NCBI GenBank assembly: GCA_001179505.1
Contig: CDMY01000431.1
Span: 13,874 to 77,873, forward strand
DNA from: Vitrella brassicaformis CCMP3155
Taxonomy: Eukaryota; Protista; Chromerida
Length of the DNA: 64,000 nucleotides
Reading direction: 5' to 3'
The translations under genes and the position numbers were made by a program. The notes under the pieces are model-generated. The model had not been told where the DNA came from and searched no databases. It was given only the letters and a program-made list of their open reading frames with translations. Below are positions 27,540 through 40,339 of this stretch, in pieces (position 1 is the stretch's first letter; the number at the start of each line of letters is the position of its first letter).

Positions 27540-30079
27540 TCAATGCCTCAGTATCAGCTGCAGGTCGATTCTCAGCAGAATGGCGGCCGGCAGATCACAC
27601 GCTTCACAGCTGCTGCCATCCCATGCAAAGCACCGAACACACAGACACAGACAGACAGACAGACAGACAGACAGAGGATGTCTTGCCGCAGCCGAGGTGA
27701 GTGAGGCGCTCACCGTGATGTGCAGACGAGCATGAGGTTGGGCGCCATGAACTCATCCAACAGACCCGCAAACACAGCCAGCAGGTCACGTGTCAGCTGA
27801 CACGCACAAACAACACAACAGCAGCCGATGGCGTCTCTCTCTCTATCCATGCACGTGGACGCCTGTGTGCCCGTTGTGTTGTGCTCACCCTGTTGTGTGT
27901 GTGTTTGGTGCCGAATATCTCCTCTATGTCGTCGATGAAGAGCACTGAGGGATGGCTGGCGTAGGCCAACTCGAACCGCTCACGAAGCAACGACTGCACA
28001 CACACACACATGGACACACAGACATTTTGTGTGCCACTTGCCCGGCCACGTACATGCCCCTCCACCGACTTACCTGTGAGAGGCCCACGATGCCGTGGAC
28101 TGTGTTGGGGATGGTCAAGGAAAAGACACTCACTCCGCCGAGAGATGACAGCGCCCTGCACACGCCCATCCATCCATCAATTGTCGCTTCATTTCTCCCA
28201 CATGAGCGAGCACCTTCCCAGCGTCGATTTGCCGCTCCCTGAGGGCCCCAGCAGCAGCACCGATGAGCACTCAGACTCACCTGCACAAACCAAAAAGGGG
28301 AGTGCAGATCCACACCTAACAAGTGTGACGGCTAGCGTGAGTGCAGCTGGCGTACTTGGTGCGGCTTCGGCGTCCTCATATCGCTCTGCACGCTCAAACA
28401 GCCGCCGCAATCGCTCACACGGCCCCTGAAAAAGAAACACACCGCCACCAACAGGACGACCACTTAGAAGACAATCTGTTCGTGTGTGTGTTTTATGTGT
28501 GTGTCGGGTCTCATTCATCTCGCTGACCTGAAGGTGCGGCCTCAGTGCGTCGGGCGATATCACATAAGGCTGATTGGCGCCTTTGGCCAGCACACTCAGT
28601 GCATTCGACACGACGCCGGGCTCTCCGGATGACGGCGCACTGGCAATCTCACTGCACAAGCGGTACACACCTGCACACACGTGTGCAGTGCACATATTTA
28701 GTCGACATGATGTGTGTGGGTCACTCGGCCACTCCCTCACTGACTGACCTGTCCAGCTGCGGCCGGCCGTCCGCTGTGCCGCCTCTCTGGTCAGCTGCTC
28801 ATCCTCCATTCCCCACCGGGCCAACAGATGCCTGCAGAAACGAACACAGAGGAGGGAGAGAGCATCATGTTGACATACACACACAGTCAGTGGCTGTGTG
28901 TGCGCGTGCGCCATGCCATTCATCCGGCTCTCGTACCTGATCCACTGCATCCTCTGTCTGAATGAGGGAGGCTCCAAGGGAAGCACCACATCAAACATAT
29001 CACCTGCACAGCCACAAGCAGCATCTGACGATGGTGCATAGGATTGCATCCTCGCTGACACCACAGCGTGCCGCACGCACCTATTGCCCTGCTGGGCCTG
29101 TCCCTCAGGAGCGCGACAACAAGACACCCACCGACCTCCCTCATCAGCCGCAGAGCACACCTCATGTCGTGGAACATCTGCAGCGACTCGTCGCCCTCAG
29201 AAATGAGCGCATCTATTCCACTAACACCCTCCGCAGCACCAGGTGTGTGCTGCTGTGGCTCATCGATGTCAGCCTCATGGTCATCATCTGACAGATCTGG
29301 GCTGTCGGGTGAACCGACGTGTGTGTGGGCGACATCGTCAGTGACACCACTGGCCTGCAATCGCGGGAGAAATGAAGAGTGTGTGTGTGTGTGTCTGTGT
29401 GTGTGCTGATGACCATAGGGAGGCAGTCCAGGTGAGAAATGACAATCAGTCTGCGGACTGCAGATGAGCTGTATGGAGCACCAAGAATGGCCTGCACACA
29501 CACGCAAGACAGACGCCCATGACACTCAGCACTCACTCGTCCATCGCTGTGTGTGCATCCCGTCCGCTGCTTACCGCGTAGCGGCGGCGAAGGGCCTCAG
29601 CGGGGCCAAAACCTGACACACATCAGTGAGTGAATGAACGAGTGAGGCAGTCGCACACGCGCGACAAACAGGCGCCCCCATTGTTGCCAATTTTTGCGGC
29701 TGACCTCTGCAAATGGCAGCGGCGTCAATCATATGCAGCTCGAACACACCACGACCACCGGCAGCAGACTGCTCGTGCAGCCTGTCGAGATACGCCGCCA
29801 GCCAATCCACACACAGAGCACCATTCTCACCTGCACCAAGGAGAAGCCAGACAGACAGACCATCCATTCATCTGATCTGCCGCGCCCGCGTGTGATCTGT
29901 CACCGCCCACCTTCGGTAGCACAGTGAATGGCGAGGGCAGCCACAGAGATCTCCATCTGGCCGTGCCTTTCCTCCTCACGAGCGCCCTGCGTGCAGCACA
30001 TGAGTCGCCTGTTGATGAGTCTTTGGGTCAGATCCAGGCTGAACGGCAACCCAACGGACTCGCCGAAGGGCTCAACCAT
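27540..30079 (-). CDS. Divergent two-module AAA+ ATPase (CDC48/PEX/AFG2-like architecture)
   Basis: Second module: VLLLGPSGSGKSTL (Walker A), PSVLFIDDIEEIF (Walker B), LLAVFAGLLDEFMAPNLMLVCTSR (sensor-1 region); first module retains only GDMFDVVLPLEPPSFRQRMQWIR; ATG at 30079, stop at 27540. Confidence 0.7.
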
Positions 30080-30609
30080 TAGCCCTGACGACGAAGGTGC
30101 GCAGATGCGAGCGAGAGAGGGAGAAGGGACGGCTGGGAGAAGGGAACAATTTGTGTAGAGGCTCGCGCCAGTGGAGGCACTGTGAAGACCTGTTGGGCGG
30201 ACGAGTCCGCTTGTCCATCCCTCAGCCGCTTCTCGTTTGCAACTGATCCATCAACGGCCTTCAAGTTGCTGCCCGGCGGATCATCGCGGTACGTAGCGGC
30301 CTCTCGTCCGACGGTGAGTGGGAAGATGCGGCGATTGGATCACTCACAAGCACACCGATCTGTTTGCTGTCTGTGTGTCTGTGTGTGTCTTCAGGTCTGC
30401 CTTGTCGACGGGCGGACTGATTGGTTGAGTGTGTGTGGACAGCTGGCTGCCGACTCATGCCTTTGATAGGCAAGCACTGATTGATGCACACAACAAATGC
30501 ACCAGGTGCCCGCCAATCTGTCTGTGTGTGTGTGTGGTCCATGGTGCAGCTGTCTGTCTGTGTGTTTGAGTGAATGAGAGCGATGTGGTCTGGTCGTCCC
30601 GACACCGAC

Positions 30610-33224
30610 ATGGCCGCTGCTGGCCCGGCGGACGGCGGCGATGGCGATGAAGGTACACTCAGCTCAGACAAATGCAGCACATCACACACGCAGCATCATT
30701 GGCAAAGGTCGTGTGTGTGTGTCTGTCCATTCCTCTGCAGGCCAACGCGGCGGCGGTGACGAGCGGCGGCCAGTGGATGTGGAGGAGCGCCAGGAGGGCC
30801 GTGCAAACGGTGGTGCGGTGAGCAATGTCGTCATGAGGCAGAGGAACAACGCCTCCATGACAGAGCCCTCTCAGATGCCATCGCCGGTAGGCCAACAAAC
30901 ACGAGCACCGCGACAGACAGACAGACACCTTCACCCACTCTCCCTTTCATATGTGTGTGTCATTGGCTGTCCCGCCGCGGCACACGGCAGGCCATCCATC
31001 TCACAGCCAGGGTGGCGGGTGGGCCACAAGCAGCAGCAGCATCAGCACCATCAGCAGTGGAGCAGGAATCCTCATCTAGCTATGCAGGTAGTCAATGGAT
31101 GCACCACAGCCAGCCTGACACAGCACGTCATCATCGTCTGGGTCGTGTGTGTGTGTGGGTGTGTGTGTGTGTGAAGGTGTTGGTGTTGTAAAGCGTGCCG
31201 GCTCCCCTCTGGAGCATCAGGAGCACGAGAGGCCCAAGGGAGACAGGCAAAGGGACCAACCTGCCGCCAACCTGCCCAGTGCCCAGCAGCCACAGGTGAT
31301 TGCATCCCTCCTCTGTCCTTACCACACTAAGACATGGCATGGCTGTGTTGTGAACTGTGTTGTGTATGGTGTGAACAGCGTCCCCCCGCTGCCAATCCTC
31401 CTGCTGCTAGTCTTGGTGTCCCTCCATCCACTGGTCCGACGCTGAGCGGCCATGGGCGTCGCCCACCGCAACCGCCCCGTCTCGGAGGGGGCGTCAGCAG
31501 TGGTGTTGGTGCTGAAGCTGGTGTTGCTGCCTCCGGTGGGCAGCAGGGCAGCGGGCAGGACCGACAGAACGGAGGTAGGTCAACAAATTACCCACCATCA
31601 ACACACATACCACCCTCCCCTGTGGACGCTATGCCACAGGTCCGACGCTACCCCCTGGCTGGAAGAGCTTGGAGAAGGGGGTGATCGACGTCGACTTCCC
31701 TCGTAGCACCAGTGACGCCAGCATTCGGCTGTCCAAGGCCATCATTCGCCGCACCATCACTGGCGCACAGCATCTGACGGGCATCATCCACCAGCAGGGA
31801 TCGGACCCCGACCTGAGGGCGGGGCTGTGGGTGGCGGGCACCACATCATGCTGGACCTATCCGCTCCTGTCGCTGTGCATCGACAACCTCACCAACAACA
31901 GCGTGCCGTCCATATGGGCAGCCGACGTCAATGGTGGTTACACTCCCGTCGCCTTGCCTTTGTGGGAGACCCCCGGCCTCCAGTTTGCCGTCATGAAGGC
32001 CCTCATCGAAAGCGGCGCCGACATCAATGCGGGCCATACGTGCTGGCCCATCCGGGTGGCCATCGCCTCATGCAATCGGCCCGCATTCGGCCTCTTGATG
32101 AGTCGGCCAGGTGCGCACCCATTCACAGCACTCACCACACCTAACACACAGCGTGATGTCTGTCTGTTCCAGGCATCCAGCTGCAGGGGCGTCAGGTGAT
32201 GCGGCTGCCGAGCAGATCGCCGACGGACCAGCCGACTGCGGCTCACGAGGCCATCCTGCTGTCCTTCTACCGGCAGCTCATCCAGCGTCACCCCACACTC
32301 GCAGCCGAGACCGATGCGGACAAAGGCAGCAATTCGGTGCATTGGGCCGCCATGAAGCCTTCCGTCTGGTCCCAGCAGTTCATCGAGGACTACATCGACA
32401 TGCTGGTGGCCAACGGGGCCGACATCACGGCTGTGGACAACTTTGGGCTGACGCCATTGCACCTCGCGGTCATCAGCGGCGCCCATTGTGTCGCTGCCTC
32501 TCTCTTCCGCCGCCTCACCCCTGCTGACATCAACAGAGGGAGACCGAATGACCCCACCTGCACACCCCTCACCGATGCTGCCCGATGGCTCGATGAGTCC
32601 ACCCAGCGGCTGCGGGACGACAATGTGGGCGAGGAGACGAAGGACGAATCCAGAAGACAGATCCCCAACCTGCAGAAGACCATCCGCACACTCCTCCAGG
32701 CCGGTGCCGACATCGCCCTGATGCCCACGGCCACAGAGCGGCACCGCCGTCGCCGCCAGCTCGTGTTGGCGGAGCGCACGGCGCTGCCCAACGAGCTGCC
32801 CATTCCCGAGCCGCGCCCCGCCACCATCGAGGCGCCCTTCCAGCCCCCCACAGCCAAGCACAAAACGACTGAGCAGCCCTCGGCTGACCGTCTGCTGCTC
32901 TCTAACCCCAGCTGTGTGTCGACGGCCGACCAGACGCCCCGCGAGGAGCCGCTGCCGGGCCCATCGGCAGGCAGCAAATTGGGCAGAGGGAGGGGGCTGG
33001 GCCTCCCGGCTGCTGCACCATCCCTGTCGTCTCGGGCGGCCCCTTCGGCTACCCCTCTGCCGTCAGCTGAGGAGCTGCACAAGTCGGCCATGCGGCGACC
33101 GTTTGTGTCGTCGAGTCCCTCTCACCCGCCCCCACGCCCTTCGCGCCTCCCACCTGCACACAGACCGGCGAGCGGTGCCGATGAGTCATTCCCGCATCCA
33201 GCGCATGAGCCACAGCATCCGTAA
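30610..33224 (+). CDS. Ankyrin-repeat protein, copy 3 (internal C-terminal deletion)
   Basis: MAAAGPADGGDGDE at 30610; LVANGADITAVDNFGLTPLHLAVISG; about 155 aa of the K/E-rich tail is missing at EPRPATIEA|PFQPP. Linkage of the 5' exons was not fully traced. Confidence 0.8.
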
Positions 33225-33913
33225 GCAGACAGACACAGAGAAGGGGATGGATTGGTTGGGCACAGTGAATGGTGTTGGTGTGTGTTGTCGTTTTATTTCG
33301 TGTCAGTGACGGCTCGTTTCTCTCGTCGTCGAGTGGGCATCGTCCGTCAGGACATCGGGGCCCTCTGGCACTCGTCAAGTGTCCCAGGCAAGGAACAGAC
33401 AGGCCGACATCAGGACACCTCACGCACACATCGGTGGGGGGTCGCTTATGGTGCGTGCGTCTTCTCAGGTCGTTTGGGGCTTCGTTAAGCCACGATGACG
33501 CCCGTCAGTCGCCATTCTACGGGCCCAGGTAGCGCACACGCTCAATCAACACACGCGGCACAGCCGCCATCGAATTGCCACGTCTGTTCTGTGGTGTGTC
33601 AGATCCGGGTTTCACGCCTGTACGTCCTCCAGTAGCTACGACCACTCCAGTGCACCACCAGCTCCAGCAGCAGCTGCATTTGCAACACCATCAGCACCAT
33701 ACGAAGAGCCACTAGGGTAGGCAGGCACACCCACACACCGGCGATGGGCTGCTCGTCACGTTATTGGCTTGCGACGCCGCGTGTGCTACCAGGTCATCGC
33801 ACCACCATGAGGGCGGACAGGGCGTCTCGGTGTCGGTACACCATGGTGCTGCTGCTCCTGCTAATGCTCTAAATGATAGGTGGGTGTCGATTGGTTGTCT
33901 CACTATCAGTGTC

Positions 33914-33950
<37 letters not shown>

Positions 33951-33951
33951 G

Positions 33952-34528
33952 ATGGCCGGCTCGTCGCGGGAGGCTGAGCTGCAGCGCGAGAACGAGGAGC
34001 TCAAGAGAAGGTACACGCATCCCATAACACAGCACATAAGAACGAAACGCAACGGTCTCGTCGGTCGGTCAGGCTTGCCGAGCTCACCATCGCCGCGCAG
34101 CAGCACCAGCCGTCATCGTCCAGCAGCTCCAGTGCCCCTCTCCCGCTACAGCCTTCCCCCAGCAGCAGCAGCCCCCGGGTGCGGCCCAGCCAGAGGGAGA
34201 TGGGCGTGAGTGTGCCATCTGCCTCGACGCGCCCCCATCGGTCATGTACATGCCCTGCAGACACCTGCGGCTGTGTCGCCAGTGCTATGACCACCGCTGC
34301 AGCAAGTGGCGGCGGGACCTCCACCAGGTGCGGGCCGAGAATGCGCGGCGGCGTCAGGAGAACGAGCGCATCAAGAGACAGAACGAGGGCCGCAGGAAGG
34401 AGAAGAGGATACCGTTGGTGGAGCTGCTAGACGACCCGGAGTACCTGTGTGAGCACTGCAAAAAGAGGGTGGAGTTCGCCGGGTCGCGCGATGAGGTGCG
34501 GCAGTGGGCCGATCAGCCCATCATGTGA
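33952..34528 (+). pseudogene. RING-HC gene with coiled-coil insert; frameshifted in a C5 run
   Basis: MAGSSREAELQRENEELKR|RLAELTIAAQ is one frame off from PQQQQPPGAAQPEGDGRECAICLDAPPSVMYMPCRHLRLCRQC...LCEHC; adding one C at 34156-34160 restores the frame. Confidence 0.7.
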
Positions 34529-35660
34529 CCTTCCTACCATCCTGCCAACAGACATCGATGTGGGAGAGGGCGGGAGGGAGGGAGGCAGTGTAGCGGACAG
34601 GGGGAGGGAGAGAGGGGAGGGAGAGAGACAGCTTTTTGACTGAGTGGCTCTTCCATGCCATGAGACCGATGCTATCCAGTGAGTGTAGGTCACCACTGCG
34701 GACACAGAGATCGATGAGGGGGTGTCCTCAACTGTCAAGCAGACAGAACGGTGAGACAGACAGACAGACACACAGACAGCCAAATGGGTTTTTCCTCTGC
34801 CCGTCTGCTGGCGTGTCATTGAGTGCCTCGAGTTCGTGTATGAGCAGAGACTGGTTGTTCGGTGTGTGCCGCTTTCTTGACTGCCTGCCGTCCATGACAG
34901 AGTCTGGTGATGCGGGGCGTAACTGGTGTGTATGTCCAGGTAAAGACCGTTTTTGATGTGTGGAATGGCTGATGAATACCGGGTGCGAAGTGATGACTAC
35001 TCTGTATGACATTTAGTTCCATATGGTGGGTCGTGACAGTTTGACACACACAATCAGGGAGCCAAGTGAGCGGGTCATTCATCAAGAGCAATTCATCCAA
35101 AGTGAGCAGGGCGCACTGCGGCCGAATGCTTCACTCCTGACGCGGCCTCTGAGCCCATGAGAAGGGCTCCTTCCCTCTCCTTTCTCGACCTGCGAGCTGA
35201 TCGATGCGAGCCTGAGAGATGGCAGCAGGACACGATTTTGTTTTCCCTCGATACGATGAGGCCCTGCTGACCCATAAGCGGGGCGGATCCATCGTTATCG
35301 AGTGTGCACGGCCCTGCTGCGCAACAGATCATCGCGGCACGTAGCGGCCTCTCGTCCGACGGTGAGTGGGAAGATGCGGCGATTGGATCACTCATAAGCA
35401 CACCGATGAGCTGACAGTGTTTGCTGTCTGTGTGTCTGTGTGTGTCGGTGGTCTTCAGGTCTGCCTTGTCGACGGGCTGACTGATTGGTTGAGTGTGTGT
35501 GTGCGGCTGGCCGTCGACTCATACGTTTGATAGGCAAGCACTGGTTGATGCACACAACAAATGCATCAGATGCCTGCAGGCCCATCTGTCTGTGTGTGGT
35601 CCGTGGTGCAGCTGTCTGTCTGAGTGAGGGAGAGTGATGTCTTGTCGTCCCGACACCGAC

Positions 35661-38323
35661 ATGGCCTCCCCTGCTATGGCGGACGGTGGCGATGGCGATG
35701 AAGGTACACTCAGCTCAGACAAATGCAGCACAGCACACACACAGCACCGTCGTGTTTGTGGATGTGTGCAGATGGGGAGTGCGCAGGTCCTGAGGAGGGC
35801 GGTGGTGCGGTGACCAATGTCGTCATGAGGCAGAGGAGCAACGCCTCCACGACAGAGCCCTCTCAGATGCCATCGCCGGTAGGCCAACAAACAAGAGCAC
35901 CGCGACGGACAGACAGACACCTTCACCCACTCTCCCTTTCGTATGTGTGTGTCATTGGCTGTCCCGCCGCGGCACACGGCAGGCCATCCATCTCACGGCC
36001 AGGGTGGCGGGTGGGCCACAAGCAGCAGCAGCATCGGCAGCAGGGGAGCAGGAACCCTCATCTAGCTGTGCAGGTAGTCAATGAAGGCACAACAGCCAGC
36101 CTGACGCAGGACGCCATCATGGTCTGGGGCGTGTGTGTGTGTGTGTGTGTGAAGGTGTAGGTGTTGTGAAGCGTGCCGGCTCTCCTCTGGAGCATCGGGA
36201 GCCTAAGAGGGCCAAGGGAGACGGCCAGACACACCAACCTGCCGCCAACCTGCCCAATGGCCAACAGTCACAGGTGATTGCATGCCTCCTCTGCCCCTTA
36301 CTCAGCACCACACTAAGAGATGGCATGGCTGTGTTGTGTTGTGTATGGTATGTGCAGCGTCCCCCCGCTCCCCATCCTGCTGCTGCTGGTGTTGGCGGCC
36401 ATGCCCATCGCCCACCGCCACCGCCCCGTGTCGGAAAGGGCGTCAGCAGCAGTGCTGCTGGGGATCTCGGTGTTGGTGCTGGTGTCGGTGCCTCTGGTGG
36501 GCAGGGCAGCCGGCAGGTTCGACAGGATAGAGGTCGGTCAACAAGTCACCCACCACCAACACACATATACCACCCTCCCCTATGGACGCTGTGCCACAGG
36601 TCCGTCGCTACCACCTGGCTGGAAGAGCTACGGGAACGGCGTCGACGTCCGCCTCCCTCTTGGCACCAGCGACGCCAGCAGACGGCTGTCCAAGGCCATC
36701 ATCCGCCGCACCGTCACTCACCCACAGCAGGTGACGGACATGATCCAGCGGCAGGGGGCCGAGCCCAATGTGATGCCACTGCTGCGGGTGGAGGGCACCA
36801 CGAGCGGCTATTTCCCTTATCCGCTGTTGTCGCTGTGCGTTGACAACCTCACTGACAACCGCCTGCCGTCCATCTGGGCAGCCGACGACGGGGGCGGTGG
36901 CACTCCCGTCGCCATGCCGACGTGGAAGACGCCCTCCCTGCAGCTCGCCGTCATGCGAAGCCTGATCCAGGGAGGCGCCGACGTCAATCGGGATGAGGGT
37001 GACCATAGGCCCATCGTGGTGGCCATCGCCTCGTGCAATCCGGCCGCATTCGACCTCCTGATGAGTCGGCCAGGTGCACACCCATTCACAGCACTCACCA
37101 TACGGAACATACATCATGATGTCTGTCTGTCTGTTCCAGGCATCCAGCTGCAGGGGCGTCGCGTGGCGTTTCTGCCGCGCACATTGCCGACGGATCAGCC
37201 GAGTGAGGCTCACGAGGCCACGCTGCTGTCCTTCTACCGGCAGCCTGTCGACCAGCGTGACCCCACACTCGCGACCGAGCGGGGCCCGGGTGACGGCAAT
37301 CCGCTCCATCGGGCAGCCGCGTCCTATCCCGTCTGGTCCCAGCAGTTCATCGAGGACTACATCGACCTGCTGGTGGCCAACGGGGCCGACATCACGGCCG
37401 TGAGCAGCAGTGGATCGACGCCATTGCGCTTCGCGGCCATCACCGGCTCTCACTGTGTCGCTGCGTCTCTCTGTCGCCGTCTTCCCGCTGCCGACATCAA
37501 CAGAGGGACCCAAAATAACCCCGCCTGCACGCCCCTCACCCTCGCTGCCATATCGCTTGATGACGACACACAGCGGCTGCGAGACGACAACACGGAGCAG
37601 GCCGAGAGGGATCGGGTCACCATCCGGATCTCCAACCTCAAGACCACCATCCGTGTGCTGCTCCAGGTGGGCGCTGACATCGCCCTCATGCCCACGGCCA
37701 CGGAGGAGGACCGCCGTGGTCGCCAGCTGGTGCTGCCCGAGTACGCGACAGTCCTCAACAACCTGCCCAATGATGTCATGGCTGCCATCAACGCCGCCCT
37801 CGCCCCTCAGCGGTCGCTCGCGGCCTTGCTCGCCCCCCGGCTGGCCGTCGGCCCGCAGGAGGCCCCCATCTTCGCCTGGCGCATCGCATCGTACCTCTTC
37901 GACATGGACGCCGCCACCCAGACCATCACCGAGGCCATCGGCGTGCGGCACTCCGCTATGGCCCATCGTGTGCGTGCGTCTGTCGAGCATTTCGTCCGGT
38001 CGGCAGTGTACGAGGCCAGCAGCAACAGGGAGGTGGTGGGCGGGATGGCCGATGTGGGCGGCGAGACGGTGCGGGTGCCGCTGCAGTGCTTCGCCATCAA
38101 TGCCGGACAGCAGGGGAGCGGGCAGCACCGGCAGCTGGGTGTGCGTGAGGTGGTTCACAGGGCTCGGCTGGACGAGGCGGCCCAGCATGGCGTCGCGGGG
38201 CTGGTCAAGGGCTTCAACGAGTACCTGGGCAATGACGACTGCCAGTTCCAGTGGCAGCAGCTGGGGTGCGTCGAGAGGGGCCGGGACGGCATAGCGACCT
38301 TCAGACCGCTGCAGCTGACGTGA
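35661..38323 (+). CDS. Ankyrin-repeat protein, copy 4, with a different globular-looking C-terminal domain
   Basis: ORF 36320..38323; LVANGADITAVSSSGSTPLRFAAITG; C-terminus EYATVLNNLPNDVMAAINAALAPQRSLAALL...GVREVVHRARLDEA; ATG at 35661; 66-bp intron at 37074-37139. Confidence 0.85.
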
Positions 38324-39129
38324 TATGGGCGAGCGGGGCACGTCGATTTGTGGATGGATGGATGGATGAGGGGGAGGGGCAGACGGGCGGGCAGGCTTTG
38401 ATGTGTGCATGACTAGATTGCTGTCGCTGCCTCACTGGCTGCTTCCTTTGTGTGGGTGGACGGAGAAAGGGGAGGCAGACAGGCCAGCAGATGGACAGCC
38501 CGGCACTGGTCGGTGTGAGTCATTCTCATGTGTTCACTCAGTGGCACTCAACATCCAGTCGGGTGTCACCGACGCGAATGCCGTGGTAGATGCTCACCTG
38601 CTGCCAGCCTGCCTGCCTGCCCGCCTGTGGAAGGTGGAGATGGCGGCAGGATGTTGTGAGGTGCGTTTAGTGGTGTTGACTGAATGAGTTCACCTGTTGG
38701 TCGTGCTGGTACATGGCTGTGTGCAGTGGATGACCGAACTACTGAATGACATTGCATGATGGTCTCGATTGGTCGACACGCACAAGACAGCGGCTACTCG
38801 TTTCGCTATGCGTCAAATGCCTTTCTCTCTCGAGGATGAGAGAGACGGCACACACCCTCGTGCACGGCACAGGCAGGCAGAAGCGCTCCACCACACAGCC
38901 ATCCAAAGAGATATATAGATGTGGCGAGTGAGTCAATAAAGCAGCCAAAGGCAGTCACACATCGGCCTCAGCATCACATCAAAATCGGCCAGCAGCGGAT
39001 CTTACCGCACCAGATGAACCCACACCCACACCCATCAGAGCCAACGTAGACCGACTGACACCCATCAGAGCCAAGCCAGCCATTCGGTCACACATCAGCA
39101 GCAGCAGCTGTGTCTCGAAGAAACGGATC

Positions 39130-40330
39130 GCCTTCAGAGATGATGACAGCCAGCACCCAGGGGATACCCTCCTGACGACACACACACATACACACACAGG
39201 GGGCAGGCAGGGCGACATTCCCTCATGGTGACAGAGGGACATGTATCGCTGCTCACCCACCAGCCATTGACTGAGGGATCCATCGGCTGCACCTCAACTG
39301 CGCCACCGTCACCTGCCGAAGCCACGACACACACTCACACACGCGAATGAATTTGATGGATGTGGGGGCATCTGTGGTTTGTGTGGCTGCCTTTATCCAC
39401 ACCGACGGTGTCAGTATCATCGCCGCTGCCATCGTCTGAATCTGCACATGCCGCACACAAACAGAGAAGGCCACTGTCGTTATCTCGCAGCGCTTGAGCA
39501 TCATCTTGTACTGCGCACACACCCACACACACACTGTGCATCTCTGCTTCTGCAAATCGCAGCTGCAGACGCACCCACAAGTGCGTTGTGTGTGCACCTG
39601 ATTGATCGTGGGAGTCCCTAGTCGTCCTGCGGCACTCGTTGCACCTGATTGGTCATGCAGTCTTCTCTTGCTCCATGGCCAACTGCCCGTACGTCTCTCG
39701 GTGGCCGCCGAAGCGGCCAAATATGCGTTAACACACAGACGAGAAGAGACACGATGAAGTTCCTTTAGGGCCTTCCTTTCTCCCTCACCTACGCAGCGGC
39801 GGGCTGCCGGGGGCAGGCGTGGATGAAGTAGGTGCATCGGAGATATAAGAGGGAGACAGTGATCCATCTGCACACACACACACGAGACACATACGCACGA
39901 CCTGATCAGTATAGAATACTTCGACAGCTCACCTTCGATGTGCAATTGGCGGGACAATACAGTGCAGTTCAAAGTTGTCATCGGCCGATCTGCACACCAC
40001 CCATCCCCGGAGAGAGAACACAAGACAAGTATCCCTTGTGTGTGTGCGTGTGTGTGTGTGTGTGTGCTGTTGGTCTGGCTATGGCTTGTGACGGTGCCGT
40101 CAACAAGCGACGTACTGTTCTCCAACACACATAAACACACGAGATGACGTTGGTCGCCTTAGTATTCCCCTCTGGTTCGCCATGATGTTGTCCTTTTCAG
40201 CATGCCGCAACTTCATCTCCAACAGCACATTCATCTGTGCGTCAGACATCCCCTTGCTCTTCCGCGTGTTGTCAGCCTCGAGGTCACGCTGACATGGAAG
40301 ACACAGCTGCTGCGAGAATGAGAACAAGAA
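39130..40330 (-). CDS. Possible multi-exon gene, unknown function
   Basis: Protein-like segments ([26 protein letters not shown]; [20 protein letters not shown]) between microsatellite introns; structure not resolved. Confidence 0.25.
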
Positions 40331-40339
40331 GCCGATCGA

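Larger units (their letters stand above)
30275..38340 (+). repeat. Inverted paralogous block of the 1-9.9 kb ankyrin/RING array
   Basis: Upstream spacer cgtagcggcctctcgtccgacggtgagtgggaagatgcg at 30292 and 35340 is the reverse complement of 3310-3375 and 9660-9712; 34490-35400 is the inverse of 3330-4292. Confidence 0.9.

Noticed and set aside
36608-38410. 600-aa antisense ORF over ankyrin copy 4 (also 610..1797, 7370..8665, 31938..32861)
   Set aside because: Shadow ORFs of GC-rich coding sequence with strong codon bias; no motifs, and stops are not conserved among paralogs.
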